DNA of 53,672 bases, filler included, from Jimgerdemannia flammicorona (taxonomy: Eukaryota), in NCBI GenBank assembly GCA_003990765.1. It is 2 parts of 2 records of this genome, joined end to end, with 100 filler letters (N's around TTAATTAATTAA, not from the genome) between each part and the next. Parts side by side here need not be neighbours in the genome. Positions count along the whole stretch, not along the records: positions 1 to 26,798 come from RBNJ01000694.1; 1 more part is not named here. One strand, 5' to 3'. Made by a program: the position numbers and the translations under genes. How positions within the stretch are numbered: the stretch's first letter is position 1; every line of letters begins with the position of its first letter. The notes below the pieces were generated by a model. That model was not told the origin of the DNA. It was given only the letters and a program-made list of their open reading frames with translations, and did not search any database. Shown here piece by piece: positions 12,544 through 26,539 of this stretch.

Positions 12544-13355
12544 TGTAATAGAATGAACGAATGAGCGAATAGATGGGATATGATGAGATGAACAATCATG
12601 TGACCCGGCGATGACATCATCATATGAATGAAGCATGACATATGAATTACAAATGACGAATGATGTGAAACAATGTGGAAAATGATATCCAGCTTATCCC
12701 CAACAATCAGTACCACAGCAATAGTTGCCATAGCAGCTGATCATTGCCTAGTAATTGAGGTTCTGATCACAAAGTTATTTTTACCAAAAACTACCTGACA
12801 AAGGTCATAATCACAAACCTCATTATAGTTACCAAATTAGTTACTCATACTTAGTCAGAAATCGCAGACCAACTTGTATAAATACCCCCCAGTTTCCATC
12901 CGAAATAAAGCAGTTTTAGTTCAGTCCTTGATACAAGAATCAAGTCCCCCCACACACACACATTCCCCTGAGTCTTAGTAATGACATCTAAGTAACTCTA
13001 GTGTTTCTGACTAAACTCCAGAAGCCTAGCTAACTTCTGCCAGAACTGAGACCAGTATATAAATTCCCAAAGACTTAAGTAAATCCATTGAACCTGAATT
13101 CCAAGGTGAATTCAGTCTGTGCACAGCAAGGAATAAGACCCTTGAAATAGGGCACAAGAGAAAGACCTTTAAAACAGAAGGCAAACCAGAAAAAGACCTT
13201 TGAAAGATAAGGCACTGCCACTACAACTACTTTAAGCAAGCACTTCCTCAAACTGAAGGCTTCTTGGTATACATTGTGTACTAAGTCCCTAAGTAATAGT
13301 CCACTTCCCTAATTATCCAAAGGATAAGAGATGGATAGAAGTGAGAGTTATTACA
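12544..13355 (+). repeat. 3' LTR of element A
   Basis: TGTAATA...TATTACA, homologous to 4191-4984. Confidence 0.95.
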
Positions 13356-16300
13356 TAGAGTCTACTTTGATTCCATTTGAAGTGATAATGTGTCCAAGAA
13401 ATTGAATTTCTTTCAGGAGAAATTCGCACTTACTGAGTTTTGCAAAGAGTTGGTTTTCTCAGAGTTTCAGTAGCACTAGTTCAAGGTGTTCAAGATGTTC
13501 CTCTAGGGTTTTGCTGAAGACTAGGATGTCGTCAATGTCGACAACAATAAATTTGTCCAGGTATGGATGCAAGATAGTATTCATCAGGGTCTGGAAGGTT
13601 GTAGGAGCATTAGTTAGGCCAAAGGGCATAACCAGGAACTTGAAGTGTCTATAGCAAGTTCGGAAAGCTGTCTTGTAGATGTCTTCTTCTTTCATAGCAA
13701 TTTGCCAGTAACCATTTCGCAGATCAAAAGAGCTCATAAATTGCAGGTTAGTGAGCCTATCAAATATTTCATTGATCCTTGGTAGTGAGCAACAGTTCTT
13801 GATAGTCTGTTTATTGAGATCATGGTAGTCAATGCACATTTGCAGGTCTCCTCCTTTCTTGACAACAAATAGGACTGGTGCACCATAAGGTGATATGCTG
13901 GGTCTGATGAATCCTTGTTCTAGGAGTTCATCAATTTCTTTCTTGAGTGTATTGATTTCTCTCGGAGACATGTGGTGGATTGACTTGAAGAGTTTGGCAT
14001 CTGGGATAGTCTTGATGGTATGGTCTACTGCTTGTTTAGGAGGTAGGCCCTTTGGGAGCTTCTTTGGGAATATTTCTCAAAATTTCTAGAGTAGTAGTCT
14101 GATATGGCTGTCAACTTTAGAAAAGTCTTCTTTAGAGTTCTCAGGTTCTCCTTTGGATGGACAGATGGAGATGACAAAGAGAGGGCATTTCTTGGCCAAT
14201 TTCTTAAGTTGTAGCTTGTTGATGTAGGTGATCTTTAGTCCAGGGTTACTAGAATTAAGTGGGTCCTTTTTGCCTTACAGTTTGAAGTTGTGGCATCCTT
14301 TCTTGATGGTCAGAGAATGGTTTACCCAATCAATCATAGGGTTCTCTTGTTTTAACTATAAAGTCCCAAGGATGATTTCATTGTCAGGAAGTAGTATGAT
14401 TTGGTAAATAACATATACTCAGTAGTCACCAATTCAGAAGAGTAGGTTGTGGACTTCCTTGCTAATAACATGTGAGGTTCCATCAGCTGTGGTGACTGCT
14501 TGGGTTTGTTGTACCAGAGAGGTAAAGACCTTAAGTCTGTTGGCTGTTTCTTCATTGATGAAGTTGCCTGAGGCACCACTGTCTATCATAATCTTGACAG
14601 ATGCTTGGTTGACAAAAGCCTTAAGTGTGAGCAGTTTGTCTGATCTAATAGTGGTAATTTCAGTTATAGGGGCTTTTCTTCTGTTGGTTCTTCTTTGTGC
14701 TAGTTCATTGATACAAGAGAAGCAATCATCAATTATTTGGGAAGAGTACATTCCAATGCCATAAGAGCATCAGCCACTTGGTATATATCTGTCTTCAATC
14801 TTTTTGTAGAATTTTTCTTCTTTATTCATGGTAAATTGGGCTAGAGTCTTGTTCGATGAGCCAAATCCTTTGGATCCTTGGATGGTAGGTAGTAGTTCAG
14901 GGACTTCCTTGACTGTCAGAGTTGACTTGATTTTTTCGAATAGGATCTGGGCAATACAAAAACCTATAGGGATCTTGAAGGGTGTCCAACTATGGTTTCA
15001 GATGAGGACAATAATTTTGCCTGTATAATTCTCATCAATGACTCCTTCTTCTACTGAGAGTCCTTTCAATACTAGGCTGCTGCGACAGCATATTCTTCCA
15101 ACATGTCCTTCAGGGATTTGGATACTGATTCCCATATAGACTTGTTTGACTTCTTGGTTGGAAACTGTAGCTTCTTCAGCTGCATACAGGTCATATCCAG
15201 CTGTTTTTTGACTTTCTTTAGTTGGGGCTTTAGCAGTTTGTCTTAACTTGACAAAGTCTAGTGTTCTGGTGGTCAGGTTGTTGAGGTGATGCAGAGTGGT
15301 AACAGTTGCTCAGATTGCTGTTTGGGGTTTTTAGTTAGGGCAGGCACTGGCCATATATCCTGTCTTTCAGCAATAGAAGTATACTCCACTTCTTCAAAGT
15401 TCATTTCTTTCACTTTCAGTGAGTTTCTTGAAGGTACTCAGTTGGGTGGGTTCATGATTTCTGGGTGTCCAAGAGGTGGATGTGGAGGGAGCTTAGGATG
15501 CTTCATGCTTGTGTTCTTCTTTCTTGGTCCAAGTCCTTTCCTTGTTGTTGAATTGTCTTCAGGGCAGAATTGGTCCAGCTGTTAGGATTCACTTGACCAT
15601 AGTCTTAATTCTTGCCAGGCACCATTGTTGGTGATCACAACCAACTGGGCAGCCTTGTTCTCAGATTTTTCTAGTAAGCCATTCAGGCAGTGCATCAAAT
15701 AAATGATCTGCTCTTGTACCATTTCGTGCTTTATCATTGGCAATATATCCTAGGCCAACAGTATTTAGGAGTGACTCGAGTTTTGTACAGAAGGTTTCGA
15801 ATTCTTCTTTACCATGTATATCAAATTTAAGGTTGTGGAGTTTTACTTGAGATTCAGCAATCATGGTTTTGCTGCAGTATTGAGCAATCATAAGTTGTTT
15901 GAGTCCAGGGGCTGCAGGATGGGCTCTATATCCTGGGGCATTGTTTGCTGTATTCTGAGCAACTACTGCAGGTCGGGTATCCCATATGAGGGATTTTTTA
16001 GGAATGGTTCACCACCATTCTTCGGCGGGTCCTCAGAAGAATGTAACAACTTGGTGGACATAGGCTATAGTGATAGCAAAGAGTTGTTCCAGAGTGTGGT
16101 CTTGATTATTTGTCAGAATGCGGTCAGCAACTCACTTATTGGCCCATTGATTGGCTTCGGAGTTGGTGTCAACTACACTAATAAAGCTTTAGACTTCTTG
16201 TATAGTACCATTGAAGGTGGATAGGCTCAGATTTTTGGTAGGTCAGTTCTGTTCAGCTAAGGTAGTAATGGTTGCTGCCATTATTGCTACCTGACCTGTG

Positions 16301-17287
16301 AGGTCTAGAATCTGTTGGTTTGCCATATTGTTTACTGGAGGCAGTTGGACTGCTGATAGTAGTATTACTGGTACTACTTGAGGTACTGGTGTAGAGTATG
16401 AGGGTGTTCTTTGAGTCTGTGAAAGTTGCTGGAGTAGTAGTTGTGGATCTGGAGTAAGGGCTTGATAGATAACTGTTTGTTGCTGTGTAGGTGTATTCTG
16501 TCCTGAGGGAGGTACTTCTCCTTTGGTGGTATATCTGGGATCGAATTCACTGAGATACTCCTCCTCCTCTTCAGTTTGGTCCCCGTGTAATTAGGTTTGC
16601 TCAGTATTGAAGTAGATGGAATCAGTTGTATATCTGATTTCAGATGGACTTAATTCAAAGTCAAGTTCAGGTTCAGTATTGGTTTCAGATTCAAGTAGGG
16701 CATAGCAGGGCCTGCTTCAGGTTCAGGGTCAGATAGTTGATGAAGGGTTTCTCATGCTTCTTCTTTAAGGATATGGTGGGCCTTGCTGTTCTGGAATTAG
16801 TAGTATAATGCAGTCTTAGTCCTGGTGCAGTGAAAGTCAGTAGAGTTGAGCCACTTGGCTACAGAGACTTGGGCTTTGTGAGGGACTAAGGCTAGAAAGA
16901 CTGCTGCTGGTTGTCCTAGGTTGCTCAGATTTGTGGAGCTAACAAAACTCTTGTTGAGAAGAGTAAAGAAGGCTTCAATAAGACCTTCTTCATCTTGACT
17001 TGCTGGGTATAGTGCAAGGAGTTTCGTGAATAAGGTTTCACCTATTTGCTGATTTAACTGGAGTATATCTTTCTTCAAATACAGTTTGTCCCACTTATTG
17101 CAGATGTAGAGGTCAAATTGTCCTTGTACATCAGATTCAATTCTCTCCAGATTGTCAGATGGTTCAGAATAAATTCCAGTTCAGAGGTTGGGCTTGATAC
17201 CAACTTATAGGAATTCTCAGAAGGGTTTGTAGTGGGGTAAGGAAGTATCTTGAAGTGGAATTGGATTGTAAACCACTGCTACCAAGT

Positions 17288-19350
17288 TGTAAGAGGGTTG
17301 CTTTTTTAGGGTAACTGTTATGTAGTTCTGGAAGGGTTTTCTGGAAGTTCTGGATGTTCTGGAAGACCATTTTCTTATGGTTAAGATCAATTTCATATGG
17401 AGTATGTCCTCTATGCTTATTGATTTCAAGATCGGGTTGATGTCTCAACCAAAGTCCTTTTTTGGACTAGTTCTGAATGTTCAGGATTTCTGTATTTCAG
17501 AAAGTTTAAGAAACTAAGACCAGCTTAGTTGAATCAGCATATTGCTGCAGACAATACCCAATTAGGAAATTTCGTAACAGGGTTAGGAGTGGGATCTAAC
17601 AGAGAGCAGATTTACTTAAGAGTAGTTTGTGGGTTATTAAATAGGTTTATTCACTATTCATGATATTGCTATACTAGGAGTAGTTGAGTAAAGGAATATT
17701 GTGGGGAAGTGTTCAGAAATATTCTTGTGTATTCAAGTCTTTCAAGTCTGAGATTCTGAGGTCTGGGGGAAGGGGTATTTATACTAGTGAGGGGCTATCT
17801 GGGCTATACTGAATATGAATATAGCACTAAGTGCCTTGCTGAGTCAGAATGCAGTCACATAGTATAAGTGTGATCTGACATGTCAAGAGATTGTCTGACT
17901 GCTGAGTCAGTTTACACTTATATCATATAAGGCTAATCTAACTATACTATGACTGCTAGGCTAGTTATAGGTTTAGGTACTGTCTGGGTAGTCCTTGATG
18001 ATATCACTATCGATTGCATCATCTCTGATAAAGTAGTCATCTAGGAAGAGTGGTTCACGGATTACTTCTCCTTGTTTGCTAAGGTAATAATATATTGAAA
18101 CTTCATCTCTGTTCCACAATATGGCATCATCAGTCTCATATGCTGGGTAAGGTATTGGTGAGCGAAGGAGGGGTGTATTATCTTTGCTTTCATTGGGTTC
18201 ACTATCTGCATACCTTCTATAGGTTACAGCACTATGAGTCATAGAGTTGTAGTAAGCTGGCGGCTGTGGTTCATATCACTTGTACTCAGGTGGTGGAGTG
18301 GTTGGTTCAATCTTGAGGGTTGTCTGGAGGTACAGGTTATGTTCTCCAGTCTCTTTATTGTAGTTGAAGTAATCAGGAGTGAACGCGGGTTGGTATTTAT
18401 ACTAGTGGTCATTGTTCTAATAAGTCTTGTATGTGGTTATGAACTGTTGTAAGTTCATCAGTAAGGTTGATGGTATAATTAGTGTTGGTAGAGATCCTTG
18501 GCTTGGGGTCATGTCAGTATCAGAGGGATCATTGTCTTCTGCTTCATCTTCATCAAACTGGATTATATTATAAATGTCCTTCATAGCATATCCGACTTGG
18601 GGCATTTGCAGGATGTGGTCATTGGGGTGTGGAAAGGTTCTGTCTATAGTTTCAATATACTCGAGATACTTGTGGTTGATTTCTTGTATCATATCATCGA
18701 TTTGGCCATAGGACAGGGTAGCAACCATTTCGCTGGTAGTAACTCAGAGTTGGAGAATAAAGGTGCTATACTCATAGAAGAGTTCTTGGTGTTTGTAGGC
18801 AATGAGCTTCTGGTGTTGAGATATCTGAGTAATGTCTGTATCATGATGATGTTTAACCATATCTTCCAGGAGGTGGCTGATCTGGTAGTAGCTTGAGATT
18901 TGTCCAATCTAGTGGGCCTCATTAAGCATGTTTAGGGCATTTTATCAGGCTTCTATGAAGTAGAGGGATGCTAGGCTATGGATATTCATGAGGGGCAGAG
19001 GGGGTGTGGCTCAGTTGACAATAGCATTCCAAATGTCAGTGCAGATATGGGTGTAGATCTTGGTAGTCATGTTTGTATATTAGAAGTTTTATTTGTTTTG
19101 GTTCTCTATTTTGACACATCTCGGTGCTTAGTATATATGTATTTGGTCCTGATTGGTAAGATTCCACTTATGTGAATCTTATGTTCTGTGACTTCATATT
19201 GACTCAGCTTTGTGTGCTGTGACTTTGGTTTGACTCAGCTTCATGATCAAGCAGGTGATTTCCAGATTTGTTTAGAGGTCGCATGTGATTTCAGTGGCTT
19301 ATTCAGAAGGTGATGTGTGATTTCAGTAGCTTGGAGGTTGTGCACTTATA
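17288..19350 (-). repeat. Putative long (~2 kb) 5' LTR of element B containing an accessory ORF
   Basis: TGTAAG at 17288 and CTTATA (mutated CTTACA) at 19350 as inverted termini; TATAAATACCCC on minus ~17772-17783; no second copy in the window to confirm. Confidence 0.5.
17973..19070 (-). pseudogene. Accessory ORF of element B (~366 codons), distant homolog of the A and C accessory ORFs
   Basis: ATG 19070 and ORF pieces 18417-18728 and 17973-18242 share one frame; YYQISHLL...HQKLIAYKHQELF...ILQL...LSYGQIDDM aligns with A; TATA-like at ~19130. Confidence 0.65.
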
Positions 19351-19364
19351 TTGCCTCACTGTGT

Positions 19365-19595
19365 CACCACTATATTTAAAGCTCTCAGCATCATAGCTAT
19401 ATTTGAAGTTCTTGGCTTGACTGCATTACTGCTATATTCAAAGCTCTCCATATTGGCTTATTGCATCATCACTACTATATTCAAAGCTCTTAGCATTACA
19501 CTGCTATATTCAAAGCTCTTGGCATCATGCTTCGAAGCTCTCATCATCATACTATTATATTTGAAGCTCTCGGTATCATACTATATTTGAATCTA
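19365..19595. repeat. Degenerate tandem repeat (~27-35 bp unit with core CTATATTCAAAGCTCT)
   Basis: About 7 recurrences of CTATATT(C/T)(A/G)AAGCTCT. Confidence 0.8.
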
Positions 19596-19667
19596 AGCAT
19601 CAGATAAAAAACATATAAATAGGCTGTCTAAGCTGTACTTCTGTCTATATTTTGAGCTAAAAAAAAA

Positions 19668-20160
19668 ATGACTGATAAATTTCAAAATTACCTTCACTAT
19701 TTATCTCTGCAAGTTTATCTTGAAGACTTATCCGAGCACTTTAAGGAAATGAACAAGACCATTAGCAAAGTTTTCAAATGGCTAAATGATGACAATGATA
19801 ATAAGACTGATGAAAACTATAAGAAAAATAAGAAGAAAATAGAGAAAGCACTTGAGAGATTTATCTCAGCCAGCCATGCCCTTACTGACCCTCAAGTCTA
19901 AGCCTCTACTGGCCCTCAAGCCCAAGCCCCTGCTGGCCCTCAAGCCCAAGCCCCAGCTGGCCCTCAAGCCCCAGCCCCAGCCCCAGCCCCTCAAGCCCTA
20001 GCCCCAGCCCCTCAAGCCCTGGGCCCTCAAGCCTGGCCCCTCAAGCCCCAGCCCCTCAAGCCCCAGTCTCTTAAGCCCTGGTCCCTCAAGCTCCAGCCCC
20101 GAAGCCAAGAAGAGGATGATGTATTACAAGTTGCCATAATTGCAGAATATATGGTAAAAC
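19668..20160 (+). pseudogene. Degenerate ORF with a charged helical N-terminus and a PQA/PA-rich tandem repeat; possible transposon cargo
   Basis: ORF 19668-19901 continues past one TAA into GPQAQAPA repeats (CCCTCAAGCCC units 19889-20100). Confidence 0.35.
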
Positions 20161-20544
20161 ATATCATACTATTCTTAGGATTTATCAATATCTTGATCCA
20201 ACTATCCCCAACATTCCTCCAGACAAAAGACCATATGATAATATGTATATATCAGATAGCAGCTGCTGTGGCCAGGCATGCTGGAAATGCTTGAATTTAT
20301 GCATTGGGTGATGGATTGCTATCGGTGGTGATATATAGGAAGAACATAGATATAGCGATGCTGGGGATTGTGGCAAGTGGTGGGGAGATGTGCTGGAATT
20401 GGCCAGGAATGCTGAATTGTGAATGAATTAGGATAGGAATTAGGATGCTTAAATGAATAGTGTGAAAATAAATTGTGTGATAAGTGCCAGAAATGCTGAA
20501 TTGTGAAAATTAATTATAAATAAAAAGATTGATGATGCAAGATT

Positions 20545-20727
20545 GATGACATAAGATTTGAATCAAACTCTCAATTTGATTTGATTGAATCAAATCAGAC
20601 CCCCAATTCGATTTGACTTTGATTCAATTCAACTTTGATTCGAATCAAAAAATCCTCAATTTGATTTGACTCCAATCAACCCCAATTCGATTCGATTCGA
20701 ATTGATTCAATTCATTTGAGAGCACTA
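20545..20727. mobile_element. Right terminus of a hAT-like DNA transposon (ATTCG subterminal repeats, TIR ...GAGAGCACTA)
   Basis: Reverse complement matches the TAGTGCTC... terminus at 43506; abuts integrase sequence of an A-family copy. Confidence 0.7.
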
Positions 20728-23700
20728 TCCATGATACTCCTGCAGTAGAATACTTTGGTTTTGGGAAGATCTATAATCTTCTCTCAAGAGAGTTCTACTG
20801 GCCAAGAATAACTAAGAACATCGAAGACTTTATAGCCTCATATAAGATATGTCAAAGGTTCAAGAGTAGTAACAAGCTACCAGCAGAACTTCTGCAACTG
20901 CTACAAATCCTAAGTCACAACTAAGATTAGATTGTAATGGACTTTATTGTTCAACTCCCCAAGACCAAGGCAGGATGAGATGCCATTGTGGTATTCATGA
21001 ATCACCTAAGCAAATAAGTCCATTTTGCACCTACTAAGACTACTGCTACAGTATCCAAGATTGCTAAGATTTCCTCAATCAAGTATTCAGGTTAAATAGA
21101 ATGTCTAGCACCATTATATCTGACCAAGATACCAAGTTTACAAGCAACTTCTGAAAGACATTCTTCTCTCTCTATGAAATTAAGCTGAAGTTCTCTACTG
21201 CCTACCACCCCCAGACTGATAGTCAAACCAAGTAAACCAATAGAACCCTCAAATAGATACTTAGCATCTTCTACTATTATAAGCAAAATGATTGAAATAA
21301 GTACCTAGCCCATACCAAGTTTGCCTACAACAATAGCCAGCAAACCTCTATAAAGAAGACTCCATTCTTCCTGAACCATAGTCAACATCCAAGGACCTCA
21401 AGTACTATTGTGAAATCAGTAGTTCCAGTAGCCCAAGATCTGGCTGAGACCATTTCTGATCTTATCTAAATGATAAGAGATGCTCTCATAGAAGTACAGG
21501 ACTATCAGACCAAGTATATAAATCTAAAATAAAGAGAAGTCTCTTATAATATTGGTGACATAGTCATACTTAGAACTGACCATCTCCACCCAGACACTCT
21601 GATATAACAACCAGTTAAGAAAATCTATACTAGAAGAATTAGACCATATAAGATTGTGGAAAAAGTCAGTGAAGTCAACTATAAGTTACAACTTCCCCAC
21701 AATATCTAAATATACATATCTAGTATTTCATATCAGCCAATTGGTGGACTACTATAAGAACCCATTTTCCAAGTATACAGTTCTACCACTACTCTCAATT
21801 AGGATAAATAATTATAAGAAATTTGACATTGAGAAAATACTTAACCATAAGATCTACAAATATCCCAAAACAGTCAAGTGGCTTTTTCTCATCAAGTGGA
21901 AGGGTTATCCCACCTATGACACTACCTGGGAACAGAAAGAAGCTCTGAAGAATATATATGAAGCCCTCTAGAACTATATGGAAATACTTACCCCCCAATA
22001 GAGAAAGGAACTACAGCTCTAAAAATTAAAGCATATAGTAAGCAAGGAGGATATTACATATTTTATCTGAAGTATATAATACTGAATATTGTAGAAAAGG
22101 GAATATCATAGTTAATCAACAAGAAGATACTTGGGCAAAGAACAATCTAGTATAGTGTAGCAAAATGCATTTGAACAACTCTATTTCATACTATCTGTGT
22201 CATCTCTACTGAATGATAACAGATGCTTCATATGAAACTTAGGAAAGCCAATAATATTAAAACCAATCTAAGTCTATCTATATAATAGATATTATTACTA
22301 GAAATTGCTTTGAATTATAAGAAATTCTATTTCTAAGAGGTTTGAACTCTCAGCTATGACAATAGGAGCTCTTGCTCTAGACAAGGATGGCTAGTCCTTG
22401 CAAATATACCAACCAGATAAAAAAAAAGAGAACCAAGATCTGTCAACTCTATGTAACCATAACTATAAGTAATAATATCTTTGAAATTAGAATTTTCTCA
22501 TGTAACTAGCATATATTCTACTTACAGTAATAGATTATAAATTTTCTACTAGAAAGTGTGATCAAAAGAAGATCACACTAGATAGAGGAATAAGTATAAA
22601 TACTCAAGGCCAAAATACCCTGCAACTCTTATCCCCCTCTCCTCACAAAGAAAAGATAAGACAAGAATACCTACTATCTACTGCCAAACTATCTGCTATA
22701 GCCAGTCCCTCTCAAGCCAGGTTGACTACCTCTTTGGATACATCCAGATTGCAATCCAAGAAAGGAACTGCTGCTCTGAGACCCTTAACCTCTCCAGCCC
22801 AGATCTAGGATAGTATGTCCTTGACTCTATGAACTTATTGAAAGAATCTACCTTACTACCAGCCACCTAGAGATATGGTATGAATATGAAATTGACCATC
22901 AACTCCTCTAATGTGTAAAGGACCTACCCACTGATCAGGTCTCAGATGGACCCACCTAGATAGGTATGAGCAAAGACTTGCTAAGAAGGTCCATCAAATA
23001 ATATACCACACACTCTTTATAATCTCTAATCTCAACTATGTTCAACTAAATAATTTCCAGAACCTCTCTTTCCCTGAGATTGACAAGCTAGAAATCAAAG
23101 TAGCCCAAGAAGCCAACTTCTGGATTACCCTCAAGTCTACTAACTGTGAACTCCACTAGAGCCCCCTCCTGAATGACAACTCAGACCAATGGCCCCAAGA
23201 CCTCTCTGACCTCTTTAAAGGACCACTTATCTGAATGGATATCTCTAGGCATGAGGATCAAGAACTCTACTTGGATGGTCCCAACTGTATCAGATGGAGA
23301 ACCCCTACACCAGTACTCATACCAATATAAGAACTATTTGCAGACCTTATTGACTTCTCCATTCTGGACAGTAAGCCATCAGTAACTACTCTCTCTGTTA
23401 CTGAAGAAGTAGGTATCAATACTGAGGAAGACTCCCCATCTTTCTCTCTCTTGGTTCTCAATTTCTGAATTAACAAGAACATTGATTTCTAAGAGAGGAA
23501 GGATGTAATAGAACAAATGAGCAAGTAAACAGATGAGATGTGATAAGATGAGCAATTATGTGATCTAATAAGTGATAATATCATTATATAATTAAGTGTG
23601 ACATTGATATTATGAATGATGAATAAATGAATGATGTAGAAAATGTTATGAAAAATGATATTCAGTTTATCCTAACAATCAGTACTACAGCAACTATTAT

Positions 23701-24307
23701 CACAGTAACTGATTATTGTCTAGTAATTGAGGTTCTGATTATAAAGTTATTTTTGCCAAAAACCATCTAACAAAGATTGCAATCACAAACCTCATTATAG
23801 TTACTAAATTTAGTCACTCATACTTAGTTAGAAATTGTGGACCAACTTGTATAAATATCCCCCAGTTTCTATCTAAAATAAAGTAGTTTTAGTTTAGTTC
23901 TTGATACAAGAATTAAGTCTCCTCCATATATACATATTCTCCTGAGTCTTAGTAATAACACCTAAGTGACTCTAGTGTTTCTGACTAAACTTCAGAAGTC
24001 TAGCTAACTTCTGCCAGAACTGAGACCAGTATATAAATCTCCAAAGACTTAAGTAAACTCAATTAAATCTGAATTTCAAGGTAAATTCAGTCTGTATATA
24101 TGTAGTAAAGAACAAGACTCTTGAAAGATAGAGTAAACCAGAAAGACCTTTGAAAGATAAGACACTGCCACTATAACTACTTTTAAGTGAGCACTTCCTC
24201 AAACTGAAGGCTTCTTGGTATACATTATATACTAAGTCTCTAAGTAATAGTCTTACTTCCCTAAGTATTCAACGGATCAGAGAGGGGTAGAAGTAAGAGT
24301 TATTACA
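20728..24307 (+). mobile_element. A-family copy 2: integrase, chromodomain, accessory ORF (22667-23492), PPT and 3' LTR (23504-24307)
   Basis: Colinear with 9765-13355; more heavily C>T/G>A mutated. Confidence 0.93.
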
Positions 24308-26500
24308 AAACTCCTTACTGAGGCCTTAGTGCTAATTACACCTGATCATACTAGGTCATTTACTCTGACTACAGATATCTCTGATATTGCTATTGGAGTA
24401 GTACTCAGCTAAGAAGATCTTCCAGTGGTCTACCTTTCCCAAAAGCTCAAGCTAGCTGAGATCTGATATACTACCCATAAGAAGGAACTTCTAGCCATTG
24501 TCACTGTACTCCAGGAATAGTACTATTTCCTCCTAGAACAACTATTTATAGCCTATACTGATCACTATACTCTATGATATATTCACATACAGCCCATACT
24601 AATCTATAGATAAGCTTGTTAAATAGAAATCATTATCAACTTTGATATAGAAATCAAGTATATCCCAAGCAAAACCAACTACATGGCTGATGGTTTCTCC
24701 AGATATATGGAAGATAAACTTGTCTTTATAGTCAAGATAATTGTACCTTATTCAGATGATCAAAAATAGCTATCAATAAGATAGCCCCCTGATGAAATTC
24801 CTTCATTTCTACTAAAACCCAGAGGCCAAGGTCCCAGAACTCCTGAGATAAATGTCTAAGAGATTTACTTACTGTGATAGACTTATCTACAGGAATTACA
24901 ACAGAGTAATTGTACTCAATAATGATACTCTATGACTCAAGATCATACAGGAACTCTATGATACTTCTGTAGTAAGACAATTTGGTTTCAAGAAGACTTA
25001 TAATCTCCTCCTAAGAGAGTTCTACTGGCCAAGATTGACTAAGGATATCAATGACTTTGTGGCCTCATGTAAGATATACTAAAGATTCAAAAGTAGTAAT
25101 AAGCTACTAGTAGGATATCTGTAATCTCTGCCTATTCCAAATCATAACTGAGATCAGATTGTAATAGACTTTATTATTTAGCTCTCCAAGACAAAGACAG
25201 GATAGAATATTATTGTGGTATTCATAGACTATCTAAGCAAACAAGCTCATTTTGCACTCACTAAGACCACTGCTATAGTATTAGAGATTGCTGAGATTTT
25301 TCTCAACCAAGTATTCAGGCTATATAATATATCTAGTACTATTATATCTGACTGAGATACCAAGTTTACAAGTAACTTCTAGAAGGTATTCTTCTCTCTT
25401 TATAGAATTAAGCTGAAGTTCTCTACTGCCTACTACCTCCAGACTGATGGTTAAACCAAGTAAACCAATATGACTTTCAAACAGATGCTTAGTATCTTTT
25501 GCTATTATAAATAGAATGATTGAGATAAGTATCTTGCCCATACTGAGTTTGCCTACAATAATAGCTAGTAAGCCTCTATAAAGAAGACTCTATTCTTCCT
25601 GAACTATAGTCAACACCTAAGAACCTCAAGCACTATTGTGAAATCAGTAGTCCCAGCAGCCTAAGATCTGGCTGAGACTATTTCTGATCTTACTTGAATG
25701 ATAAGAGATGCTCTCATAGAAGTATAGAACTACCAGACCAAGTATATAAACTTAAAGTGATGAGAAGTCTCCTATAATATTGATGACATAGTTATACTTA
25801 GAACAGACCATCTCTACCCAGACATCCTGATATAACAACTAGTTAAGAAACTCTGTACTAGAAGAATTGGACTATATAAGATTGTGGAAAAGTCAGCAAA
25901 GTCAACTATAAGTTGTATTTTCACTATAATATTTGAGTATATCCAGTATTCTATATCAGTCAATTGGTGGACTACTATAAGAACTCATTCCTCAAGCATA
26001 TAGTTCCACCACCATTCTCAATTAGGATCAATAATTACAAGGAGTTCAAAATTGAGAAAGAACTTGACTACAAAGTCTATAAATATTTCAAAATAGTCAA
26101 GCAGTTTTTCCTCATTAAGTGGAAGGGTTACCCCACCCATAACACTATCTGGGAAAAGAAAGAAGCTCTAAAGAATATATGTAAAGCTCTCCAGAACTAT
26201 ATAAAATACTTATCCTCCAGCAAAGAAAGAAACTGTAACTCTAGAACTTAGAGTATACAGTAGCAAAAGAAGACATTATATATTTTACCCAAAACATATA
26301 ATACTGAATATTACAGAAAAAGGAATACTATAATTAATTAATAAGAAGATACATACTCAGGTAAAGGACAATCTAGCATAGTGTAGCAAAATATATTTAA
26401 ATAACTCTATTTTATACCATCTGTATCATCTCCACTAGATGATAATGGATACTTTATATGAAACTTAGGAAAGCTGCCAATGTCGAAACCAATCTAAGTT

Positions 26501-26502
<2 letters not shown>
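24308..26502 (+). mobile_element. A-family copy 3: RNase H, integrase, chromodomain fragment
   Basis: Colinear with ~9116-11314; bounded by the LTR of copy 2 on the left and a poly(T) on the right. Confidence 0.92.

Positions 26503-26539
<37 letters not shown>

Larger units (their letters stand above)
4191..13355 (+). mobile_element. Element A: full-length but defective chromoviral Ty3/gypsy LTR retrotransposon with dUTPase and accessory ORF
   Basis: Two ~0.8-kb LTRs TGTAATA...TATTACA, PBS, PPT, and gag-dUT-PR-RT-RH-IN-chromodomain order with many in-frame stops. Confidence 0.95.
13356..19350 (-). mobile_element. Element B: 5' half of a Ty3/gypsy element related to A (LTR, PBS, gag, dUTPase, protease, RT), cut off in RT by the LTR of A
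   Basis: PBS TGGTAGCAGTGG on minus at ~17273-17284 next to LTR end CTCTTACA (17288); Gag TRADHLFDALPEWL; dUTPase AGYDL...QGSKGFGSS; MIDSGA protease; RT ORF 13459-13971. The outer LTR boundary (19350) is tentative. Confidence 0.85.
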
